Below are positions 27,153-39,500 of a DNA stretch of 64,000 bases, piece after piece. The stretch comes from Antedon mediterranea (taxonomy: Eukaryota; Animalia; Echinodermata): assembly GCF_964355755.1 (NCBI RefSeq), contig NC_092672.1, forward strand, positions 36,028,437 to 36,092,436, given 5' to 3'. How positions within the stretch are numbered: position 1 is the first letter of the stretch; the number at the start of each line of letters is the position of its first letter. The notes below the pieces were generated by a model. It had not been told where the DNA came from, did not search any database, and was given only the letters and a program-made list of their open reading frames with translations. The position numbers and the translations under genes are program-made.

Positions 27153-27471
27153 AGCGTAGTTTCCAATAGCAACGCAAGTACGTAACGCAAGCGAGTTGAC
27201 CTATCACACGCGACTGTTCGAAAAATCCATCGCTTGTGAAGCTTGGTTCCCACTAGAACGTAACGCAAGTACGTAAACGCAACGCAAGCGTTTTAACCAA
27301 TGACAAGCGAAGTTATAGACAGTTAGCAATCACAAGCGAATAAGCCATCGCTTGTGATTGGTCAATTCGCTTGCGTTGCGTTACGTCGCTAGTGGGAACC
27401 ACGCTTAATTGGTCAAATCACTGCGTTGCGTTACATCTTTGCGTTGCGTCCTAATATATAGGAACGAAGCT
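27153..27471. mobile_element. Nested MITE family B: younger copy 27240-27405 inside an older copy
   Basis: The outer conserved motif TCGCTTGTGATTGGTCAA is split as TCGCTTG-TGA-[AGCTTGGTTCCCACTAG...CTAGTGGGAACCACGCT]-TAA-TTGGTCAA. Confidence 0.85.
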
Positions 27472-29914
27472 TTAGATGACCTAGAAACGGCTGTTATCTT
27501 TACTAATCGTAAATAAAACAAATACATTTATAATTAATAATTTATGTCTGAAAATAATATTGTTTGTAGAGATTGCTTTAAAAAAAATGCGTGTTATGGT
27601 ATATACATATTTTTTTTAAAGGTTTGTTCAACGATGTGTTCAGCTAACATATTTATTGTTGCTGACCTTGGTTTGATGTTATTCTTATCTATCGGCACCC
27701 GTTCTATGGTACAGTTAATGCCAATGTTTAATTATAGCAATCGAAGGTCGACAGGGAAACACGTAATAGGGCTATATACTTTAGATCATTATTGTTATTT
27801 TTTTATTTGTATAACGGCGCATTATTTATTGATTAATTTTGTCTGACCAATATTAATTTTTAGGTCAAAGTTGCGGGCAGACGAATTAATTTGAATTTAT
27901 AGCTCATTTGTTTAATGCTGACACTGGTTACAAAACCACAGACGAGACCACCCGGTATGGCATTGAAAGCCCGGTGTGTAACATCGGTAGTAACAGCAGG
28001 AAGAGATGTAAACAGTAGGCCTAGAAAGTATCGACGGGAACTGGTCGCGATGCGCTCACTTAAAAACATGCCAAACGATCCTGCATCGATAGGACTAGAC
28101 TATACACCGAATGTTCATTTATCTAGCAGGCGATGAAGCACCCATTTTGCACCTAGAAAAGAGACAATACCTAGGATGTTGTGTGTATTTACTAAAAAGC
28201 CTTTTGAGTTCCCATATGTTTTCCTTGCGATTAATCAACCAACGTATAACTGGCGCCAGTCCGAATTAACAAGACCATCGCATGAATGGGCGGTGTCTAC
28301 TGACACAAAGGCTCTTCACACCTCGTGTGTTTTCAGTGGCGCTGATTAATTATGTTAACACTTTAGCTAGTCAACAACAATTATACCAAACTCGGCTTCT
28401 GATTGGCTGATAGGTGGAAGCAATGTGTGAAGAGTGTCAATCACAAGTGTAATTATCGATAATAGTCTGCTATCAAACAAACACCCCTGTAATGAGCTCA
28501 AACAGACGATATGGCCCCCGTACACGACTATCGATGAACTACATCACACCTCTGGCCAACATGGCTGCAGAGCTGTCGATACAGGCTATCAATGATAGCC
28601 AATCATGTGCCCTTGTTTCATCTTAGAACTAATTGTTTACTTATTAATAGTATAACACCCTGTTTCATATTTTCTTTTACGCAAGAGGTGGCAGAACACT
28701 GGAGCCGACATGACATCATTATCGCAAAGCTGTTTAGTTTGTTGGTGAGCCATTAACTAGAATTTATGTCATGACCATAATCAAGAATGCATTCCCCCTC
28801 TCCCAACCAAACGGCCACAAATTAAATTCTTTCTTTCGATAACAGAAATATGCTATTATCGACGATTGACATAGCTTATTTGAAAAGCTTTCTGTGTTAT
28901 TGAATTAGATCATCATTACCAAAATTGGACGGAAATCCCTAAAAACCGAACTGCGCCATGGGGCTCACTCGACCAGCCAACAGTGTTTAAGCAAGTGCTT
29001 AGTGACCGTTGCTATGTTTCCGTTATACATGTTACAGGGCGACATGCTGTTGTACTGAATAGAAAGCAATACGCAGACAGTGCTTATTGTGCTACGTCAC
29101 ATCATCGGCGCCAGGACTACTTAAGTATTTGCGTCAAAATGAAGGCGAGAATAGCTAATCACTCCGCTTTAGACCTCGATCATTTTCTCGCTTTTTATTC
29201 CACCCGCCTTTAATAAAAAGATACCAATATTACAATGGGCTAATGCTAGCCCAAAAATGAAAATTAAGAGGGATAGGAAAACTAATTGATATAATACAGT
29301 ACAGTATCAAAGCGGTTGCGGTACCGGGGTGTTCTTTTAATTTCAGGTGACTTCATCCAATCGAGAATCGTATTTCTATCGTTCAATACACAAAACAATG
29401 AAAATTGGATAATAAACAATAGGCCAAGGGATTTTAACACCTAAAGGTATTGAGGCTTACACGAGGCGCCGTTTGGTAACACGCGCTTAAATTAAAAACA
29501 ATGTACTGTACCCATTATGATCTTGAGATGGCGACAGTAAAAATAAATAACCAATACTAATTTTAAAAGTTGTTTTAAGTATTGAAGTGTAAATTATAAT
29601 GTTTCGTTATCTCTGATGATGACATACTCAACGTTTTGTTTTTACAATTTGTAATATTGCGTATTTAAAGGCGTCTATAAGTAGTAGTATTATTCTACTG
29701 AAGAAGAAAGTAGCGGGCGATCTATACATTTGTTGTTTTCAGTCCATAGCGTTTGTACTGACTGACTGCAATATTTGTGGCTATTTAATTATGTTTGTAT
29801 TTTCACGGGATTGATGTGGGGTATTTTGTAAACGTTTCAGCCAGTCAACACCTCCATTAAAGATCGTACATCCCGCCGAGTAGCAACAAACACGCCTACT
29901 ACACAGTGATACGC

Positions 29915-30020
29915 GTTCTGATTGGACGCTCGGTGACAATCGGCCAATCAGGTGACGAGTTTCCTACTTACTGCTATAATAGTATTGCCTTAACAGGGGA
30001 GGGTATGTTTTAGGCAGTGT
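29915..30020 (+). promoter_or_regulatory. Probable Tbx2/3 core promoter: two inverted CCAAT boxes and a TATA-like element
   Basis: CTGATTGG (29918-29925) and CCAATCAG (29944-29951) are exact reverse complements. TATAAT at 29975, about 250 bp upstream of the ATG. The TSS is not determined. Confidence 0.5.
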
Positions 30021-30221
30021 GTGTAAATGTATTCACGGAGTTTACGTATGAGGCTACTAGAGATATAAACTAACGGGGCGACGGCAGCGTGTTGAACTGC
30101 TCTCATGGTAATATAGTACAGTGCTGTCAAGTTTTAAAACAGTTAGTGTCTAGGCCTTAGAGAGTGGAGGTGATTGTTACATATCACTTAAATAAAACAT
30201 CTTTTTTGGAATATCTTTTTG

Positions 30222-30583
30222 ATGAAGCAGTCTTGGCTTTCGGATACTGGTATGGCTTACGCACCCATCTTACCCCCAAGAAGAACGGATTTCTCTGTTC
30301 AGACTATCTTGACTCAGCCACAGTTTTTCCCTGGGATTGTACCAGGGCATACACATGGACTTCCCAGCCCATCATCGTTTAGCCTACCAAAACTTTCGGA
30401 TCCTCATCATAACCCGTTTTCACATGATTTGTTTGCATCTCAAAGGCCGTCTTTTAGGCCTTTTCCAAGTTTGGAACAACAAGAAAGAGACACTGATGAC
30501 CCACAGGTTATGTTAGAAGGCAAGGAGCTTTGGGATCAATTTCATAAATTTGGAACTGAAATGGTTATAACAAAATCTGGAAG
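30222..30583 (+). CDS. tbx2/3: Tbx2/3 coding exon 1 (N-terminus, eh1-like motif, start of T-box)
   Basis: ATG at 30222 ([15 protein letters not shown]..., second in-frame ATG at 30252). Ends ...ITKSG-AG|GTAAGT, donor at 30584. Confidence 0.92.
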
Positions 30584-33500
30584 GTAAGTGTTTATCTTTT
30601 TAGTAATCTAAATTCTAAGCATAAGTTAGTTTATAGTTAGCCTAAGCATAAGTCAGATTACTAAATCAACTTATAATTGATAAGTATACTGTAAGGTATT
30701 CTTAATAAATAAGCTTTGTATTTAAGTATTTGTATTTAGTAATTATTAAATTTCATTTAATAAAACGTGAGAGAGCTTGTAATATATAAAAGTTATATGT
30801 ACTGTGAGTTAAACATTGTAAGTTTAAAACCAAACTTATAGTCTATTTACTTCACATTAATGTATAAATAATTGTGATTGAGATATCACATTCTTTGTTT
30901 GTATTACCGTATAGTATTATTTATAGTGGAAACAATATTTAATTATTATATTATACACTCTTTAGTCTTACCATTTAAAGTCAGATAGTAACAGAATATT
31001 TTATTCACTATCTTTATATAGATTAAAAACATATACTATAACATTAGCCTATATTTTAGGCCTAAATCACTGGTTTCATTGAAAACCTTGTTTTAAATAA
31101 TAGAATGTGTTCATTTTACTGTTAATAACACTTTCATAGTCGAACAATATTGACAGAATAGCAATCGTAATGTATATATTGACATTCTGTATAAATGTCT
31201 ACCTTTGACTTCGTGTGTTTATGTAGCATACCCTGGTTTTGACACTAGCTAGAACATTTGTTTTGAATTGCAATCAGTGCTCGACCATGTTAAATAAGGT
31301 ATTAATAAATGAAGAAGATATCTGTCTCCAATTTAAATAGTTTGTTAACAACGAAGCAATAGTTACAATATATTTGCCGATTAGCCGTGTTTTATTCTAC
31401 TTTTTAACCAATTGATCGTTTGTGGTTTTGCTTCATTGTTATTTATGGTTTAGCCTAACTAAGTAAAAAGTACACTCACACGTAATGTTATTGTGTGGAG
31501 ATTTTTGATAGATTTTGTATTTTAAATGTTGGTATTGTACGTCCTTAGGGCATTGCCCGTGGAGTTGTCCACCGTGCGAATTGAACCGTATCCCATGTGG
31601 ATCAAAGGACTATACGTTTGAGTGATAAAGGATGGCTAGGCTAGGGTTTCCGTTTGGTTGGTATTACAGGTGGTTCCATGTCTTGTCCATTAGTGTCAAA
31701 ATCAGAAAAGGAAAACTTTGATCAATTTAGACAATACATAATAGCACCTGCTTTGTAATTCAGTTCAGGCCTTACTGTAAGTGTACCTATGAAGTATCTC
31801 TCCCCCGATCTCTCCCCTGATTAAAAGGCGTCGGCTCCGGTCATGATTCGAGGTGGCTAGAAATTCTAGCTAGGCTAGAGAAATAAAAATCCAACTGGCC
31901 AATAGTCATGTAATTACAATTTTCAGTTAAGTTCAACTACAGTACAGATCGTATATATTTCCTTACAATTGTTGTGTAGAATATACGGTAACAACAATTT
32001 CTTAATAAACTGTATATTAGAAAAATAAGAAATAGAATTGTATAAATTCATTTATTTATTTTGGTTTAAAAATATCTCAATACAAAAAGCAGCAAAAGCT
32101 GAAAGCATTGTATTTACAAAAAATATATGGGCTTTATACAAAAATCATCAAACATTTAACCACATCAAGAAGACATTTATATAATTATATGTATCATTGT
32201 TACATTCGTTATCATGCCTAATGTATTCGTAGGCCTAATATACATATTTATAGCCGTATATGGCTTAAGTATATTATATTTACACATAATTCAATACTTA
32301 ATAGTACCCAGCAAATTGTGCAACAATAATTATCCTTTAAATTAGTATATTCAAGATATACCAGCATTCTATCAGCAATATTTATTTGATAAACTCGTTA
32401 TACAAACCACATAACAACACTTGTTTGTTTAAAATGTTAATATAAACATACTCGGTACATTTTAATAATCCTACTACACATACCAATTACTGTTTATAAC
32501 TTATACAGGGCTGTATACTATATACAACATAATAAATTATTTTTCGTATGTTATGCCCATATACTCAAGTAGTTGTAAATTGAAGACATGTCTCGTATTT
32601 TATTCTAGGCTGTATAGTGTTTAAGATATTGATTCTAATATTGAAATTTTGCAATATTTCCGAGTAAAGGAATGTTTTATGTGATAGACTTTACATACGC
32701 TAAACGAAGGTGTAAACCATTTGTCCATAAAAAGGATTAGCAGTTTATCATAATATTAATAAAGATGCTTTAATATTAAAACAATACTGATCAATAATGA
32801 ATATTAAAAACAAATTTATATAATTAAAGTTACTTAAAGTAACTTATTGTATTAACATCATTAGATTAATATTATACGTTAATAAGTTGTTCATAAAATA
32901 TATTTGAAAACACAGAATAGATCAAAATTAAATATTACAAACAAATTTATATAGGCCTAATGAAAGTTATTATAGTCATTGTATTTGTGTATAATTTGAT
33001 TAATATTTCATGTAAACAAATTGTTCATAAAATATATTTTTTTATAATTTGTTTAGAAGGAAATTTAACCTATACAGAATAAACGAGTTTTATAATAATT
33101 GGATTCTATAGCTTAAAGATCTTTACACTGAATATATCAAAACGCATGTGTTAACTGAACAATAGGTACGGTTAAAGGGTGCCTGTAAAGTTAGTAAATA
33201 TTATGTTATAGAAAATTGATATAAATTTTAACCGTTCCTCAACTGATATGACTTTAATATTTAACTGTATGATAAAAAAGGAGCATATTATAGTTAGTTA
33301 TATAGATATATTATATAGTTAAAAAAAATGTATATAAATATTAATGGTTCCTCAACTGGTATGACTTTAAATATTTAACTGTATGATAACAAGTAAAGCA
33401 TATTATAGTTAGTTATATAGATATTATAGTATATTTAAATAAACAGTAGGCCTATTCGGTATACTACAAATCAGAAAGTATTAATCTAAAACTGTATTAA

Positions 33501-36500
33501 TAAATTTAGCATAAATGAGATTGATCATTTGAGTGTATTGCAAATACTGTCATCGATACGTTAACATCAAAACAAATCATCTGGAAAAATAGTTACAGAT
33601 TATTTGTAGTGATTTCATTGAATGAAGTATAAGAGCAATTGGTTTACCATCCAATTATTACATATCGCTATAGTTTACTAACGAGTGAGACGGGTCAAGC
33701 TATTGCACAGCCTATTTCATATCTGGGATTATAATTATAGTATGTAACCCTGAAAAGTTTAATATTTGGGTCAAATGTAAATCGCCGAATTACGTTGTAT
33801 GAGTAATTGAGTAAATGTTATAAGTTTCTATTCTGTATTCTTTGATTAATTATTAATTTTGTTTACATTCCGAGAAAGTTTAGTTTAAAATATATTGATG
33901 TTCATATGTAGTTAATATGTTTATTAAGATATATGTAGGAAGACGATTAAAGAATTTTATTTACATTTCGTTTGGTTTGCAAGAATGATAAAGTTTAGTT
34001 AAAAATAATTTATATTGATATTCGTGGTCGTATTTATAGTAATTAAAATGGTTCTTAAGATATGTTTAGGAAGAGGACATTATACAGAATTTATTTACAC
34101 TCTTTCGTTTGCTTTGCAAGTTATACACTGATTTTAATAACTGATATTCTTGTTATTTACAGACGTATGTTTCCGTCGTTCAAAGTGCGTGTCTCTGGTC
34201 TAGATAAACGCGCTAAATATATCCTTCTAATGGACATAGTAGCAGCCGACGATTGTCGGTATAAATTTCACAATTCCCGATGGATGGTGGCGGGAAAGGC
34301 GGACCCAGAGATGCCCAAAAGGATGTACATCCACCCGGACTCTCCAAGCACCGGGGAGCAGTGGATGCAGAAAGTCGTTTCGTTTCACAAGCTAAAACTT
34401 ACAAATAACATATCGGACAAACATGGATTTGTAAGTACACATGTAAGGCTCTTTTATACAAACTTTTCTTCGCGAATTTCTTCGTATTTACAACATTTAC
34501 CAGTAGGCCTATATAATATAGAGAAACTCGTAACCGTAGGCCTAGTGAATTGTGTAGGAGTGTGCCCACTATAACCGTTATGAAATAATAACTGTAAAGA
34601 TCGTAAGCCGTTGTAACTTCACCAAGTAACAAGGCCTATGTCCAGTAACAAGGCCTATGTCCAGTAACAAGGCCTATGTCCAGTACCATGTTTACATTTT
34701 CAAAATATGCTTTATAGCTATACATTTGTTATAGAATTACGTGATGGAGGATACTGCAGTAGTATAGTATTCGTTTTGTTTATAAAAGAAAATGCAACTC
34801 TTTTATATCAGGAGGTAACGCTGTATTTAATAAAAAAAAAAATGTGTAAGATATAAAAATATTAAAATCAACATATTTTTCGTTTAATCTTACACTTATG
34901 CCTATACTTGTGTTTGATGGAGTACAGTAACGTTTAAATATCAAGATTGTATTCCATCCCATCGTTTAAAAAACCCCAACACAACAACCTTTGTTTATAA
35001 ATTGGATAGTAGTAGGCTATTCTTTTCAATTTATCTTACTATTAATAATTCTCTTTAAGATATTAATACACTAATTGTTAAATCTTTCAAACATAACCAT
35101 TACTTTCTTTTGTCATTACGCTAACATAATTCCGGATTATTCTAGTTGTAATATTATATGATTGTATAATCATTTTGCGTTTGGTTTACGCACGATTGTC
35201 TAAGTTGGAAACGTTAGATTAAGCATGCGTAACTTCGGAAGTCAAACTAAAAAATATCGCAGTTTATAGTTCTCTCCGCCTCCTCTTGCCTCGAGGTAGC
35301 CCAACCCTCCACTCGATTAACGAAAGATAAAAATGAATTTTCGCGAATTTCTCGCACGTTCAAAATAAATCTTGCTAATTTTAACGAAAGCGTTGATCGC
35401 GTGCATTGATTTTTTCTATCAGGCCTGTAGCACGTATGAAGTGGGTTGTTTTTTGTAGGATTTAGCAACTCTTCAGCTCATAATTCACCGGCTTAGCATC
35501 TTGATGAATTGTGATGTTTGACTGTAGAATTCTGGCTCAATATCTGATCAAAGTAGTGACAAAATATCACTCACAATTTGGCGCCGAATCTTATTGCGAT
35601 TCTTGATTGACAACGCTAACTTGAATATAAGCCACAATTTAAAATATAACGAGTTCAAATGAGGTCAAACAGAGTGCAACATGTGACACACTGCGAAGAA
35701 AATCGCACGATTAACAAATCTAACATAACAACATTTATATAGGACACTTTTGTAAAAGATACAGCTTTATTGTACGTAGACTAAAATGCTAAGAAATTGA
35801 ATGTTTTATCGATTCTAAACAAATGCAAATTGCTTCTTTTTATTAAAAGAAAGGATACAACACGTATTAAATCAGAATAAACCACAAACGATTTTTTTTT
35901 TCAAATGAAATATCGACATTATTAATTTTTTTTTTCGTTGAATTGGACAATATCAAATATATCGTGTCATTCACACTTTTAAAGGCTTTGTTGTTTTATC
36001 TCGTGTAACTATAAGAAAATTAAATATTCTAACGAAAGTATATTGAGTAAACCTGTGAAATTGCTTTAACATGTTTAGTTATAATTAATATTTCGTCGTA
36101 TTCAAATTCCCATAACTCACATTTCGTTTGCTTGTTTTGCTAAGTACATAATTTTTATTTGGCTATAAAAATCAAATCTTAAGAATCATAAAAAGGACAG
36201 TTTAACTTTTTTTGGTATTTATTGTTTGTAACAAAATGGATGCATTATTGTTGTTAATGTTAACTTGTTTTAAAACTTAACAATTAATTATTTTACGTGA
36301 AATCCTATAAATAATCAATAACGAAATCTCGAAAAAATATACTTAAGGGCCTAAAGCGTTCATTTGTGTTGCCATTATCGACGTGTATTTAACTGTTAAA
36401 CTATGTTTTCGTCGTTAAATATAATCATTTTTCTGTTGTATACATAAGATCGCGGTGGTGATACAAAGTGAGTGTTAGCGCCGCCTGGCTAAGCTCGATA

Positions 36501-39500
36501 GCTGGCGCCAACCAGTGTATGACTACCAATGGATAAAGACGCTCTAACAATAGATAGAGTACTTGTTTGATGAAAGGGTAAAGACGATCGATTTTTAAGT
36601 ACGTTTGTTTTTGTGAAATTGATCCGTAAACCACACAATGTATGCGTCCTTCTAATAAAACCGAGGTGTAACTTTCGTAAAAGAACATCTCCATTTCGCG
36701 TTAAGTCTCCACTCGTTTAAAGTATAATATTATAGTATTAATGAAGAAACGAAAACTTTCGAATGTAAATGAATATTACCGATACAAACTGTGTGATTCA
36801 TTTCAGCAAAAGTTAAGAGAATTGTGTTTACAATGCTTTTTTACAGACAGGTTGATGAAGTTAAGAATCAACCTCACCTATCGTATCAATCAATTATACA
36901 TCCATTTCCATTGCAATAAACAAATGCAAGATTTCCCCCTTTCGTATGGTAACTAAAAACAATGTTCCACGTAATCACATCCGTCAAGCATATTTACCGT
37001 TTTAGGGTTTACTCCTGTTTATGTATTTCGTGTCGTTAACAAAACGCCATCCGTTTGAAGGCATACAATGTGTAATTAATCATAGTTCTGTTAATTAGAC
37101 TTGAAGATCTCTAATTGATTAATTCATCGTGAGTTAAGTAAGCTAGTTACCGAGCACATTCTGTGTTACGTTAAACACCACAACGAAGAGTTGTTGATAA
37201 ACTGCCGTTCAAAATCATCATAAACTTCGTCAATTTGGCTAATTTCTTACTTAGTAACTTGTATAAGGTACAGATTATCATGTAAACTGTTTATTTCACT
37301 TCGTGCTACGTCTTAATAACGGTTAATAATCTACGCCCGTTATAGTCGGTTTTCAAGTTTACATCTCAAAAACGCTACAAAATTTGTTTAGAATTGGAAC
37401 GTGTTTAGAACATTGTTATGCATCTTGAATTAAAAAATCACTTTACTGAAATGACGACTAAAAATTTGACTCGTTGATGTATTAAAATAATTAACAAAAT
37501 GAGTCGATTATCGGTTTACATACAAAACGAAGTGGCTATCTTGTTATAATACTTCTTTCTTGTATAATATTAGGAATCACGCTTTATTCACGTTTGTAGA
37601 AACACTTAAGTATTAAGCAGAATCAACATATTCATTTGTTGCCACGTTGTATTTTACTAAAGATAATATTTTTATATTCGATCCATTGAAGATTTAATTA
37701 CGCTGTTAAGTGCGTAAACCCCGAGTTTTAAATTGTTCCAAAAAGTACATCGTCTCCTAAACACTGTCTCTTTCCATAATAGATCGTATTGTTCAAAACG
37801 AGCTTTTGAATTTCCCTTTTCATAGAAGAAAATTGGTGCAATTATAAACGATTGCAGACGATCTCGATTGAATATTACGATACGAGCATTGATAGTTTGT
37901 CTTCAATTAATAAGTGTGGCTCCTTCTATAAACGCCCCTCAGGCGGTTTCGCGATATCGAATAGCACGAAATACAATCTTTATACATTTTATTACGATTA
38001 TTTTAGTTAAAATTCCGTGCTTTTTTTCGTCGCCTGCTTTAAAAACAAATCATCTGTATTTACAACGGCAATGTGCTACATTATCGTTAGCTTTTTTGAA
38101 ATAAAAACTACATTTAAGCAAGCTAGGCATACATGCTATTTGTACTGTATTAAATTATGATGTATAAACTATAACTGTATTACATTTGACATTTTACAGG
38201 ATATAACCATGGAGAAATAATTATTTGTACAGAATATAACATAGGAACATTTCGTCGCGGCTGCAAAAAGTGTTGTTCGTTCGGGGTTAATTTCGCGGCG
38301 GTGTTTTTACGACTTTGTATCACAAGTGATCCGCGGTGTATTATCATTATATTTATGAATAATCCACACATTTCAATTCTATTATCCTCTTGAGTGTTAT
38401 AGGGTTATAGTCCCTTAGCACCGTGATTATCAACGATTTATACCTCCATAACTCGGCAATTATTTTCAAAAGTAAACAAAAGGTGGTATAAACGGCAATA
38501 CTTAATCGCACCTTTTGCCGTAAATGTTTTGATAAGAGGGTTGTATTGCCGGTAATGGCAGCAAGTTCAAGAGACTTATAATGTTCGTGTTGAGTTAAAG
38601 ACTTGTATATTACACATTAGTTGTAAATTATCGTTGATAACATTTGAACTACGTGTAGGAATTCATCTACACTAGATACATTTTTGTTTTTTGTACGATG
38701 CTTGAGCTTTAACGAATGAATTCATATCGCTTTCGTGACGTACAAGAACCCTTTATGTTAAAGGCTGAATGTTAATGTTACATTACGACACAGTTCGAAA
38801 CGACTCATGAATTAAAAAATGTTTTTCTATTAAAACATGAGCTTGAAAAATTATTTCATAATGATCTGATAGACCCATCTACTACTAATCATTATACAGA
38901 TAGACCTACATTGGTAAACCAGAGTACAATTTAACCAAAATAATTAATATGAGGATACACAATAAACAAGCTTCTGTAATTTATGAGATTCTATATTTTA
39001 TATACTATTGAGCACTGTGTATACGATTTCGTCCTCGAAAGGCTGACGACAAAGTACAGTAGATCGTCTGTTCGCGCCATGTTTACTTTAGTCATTAAAG
39101 GGTTTTGCCTGCAAATTTCCTGATTAAATTCCTACAGATCGTCGAGCTTCTGTTCTCTAGGCCATGTGATGTTTTCACAGAGCAATATAGTATAGCATAT
39201 AGACATATTTATGAACCATATCTCTATGATAGCCTTATACAAATAACAATTTAACCAATAAGCATTAAATCTTAAGCTTGATCAGGAGTGGACAAATCGG
39301 TTCTTTGACACCGGGAGAGAGGCTTTACAGCCCCGTCTTGATCAGTGGGGACACATAGCAACCCGACCAGTTGATAGAGGCTTAGCAGTGTGGACTTGTT
39401 TAGTAATGGGATGGGCACAGGAGAGCTTTCCAAACCGGTCTTGCTTTAGAATATAATTAGAAGCCATAGTTCATACATTATCCACTTAATAACGAGCAAT

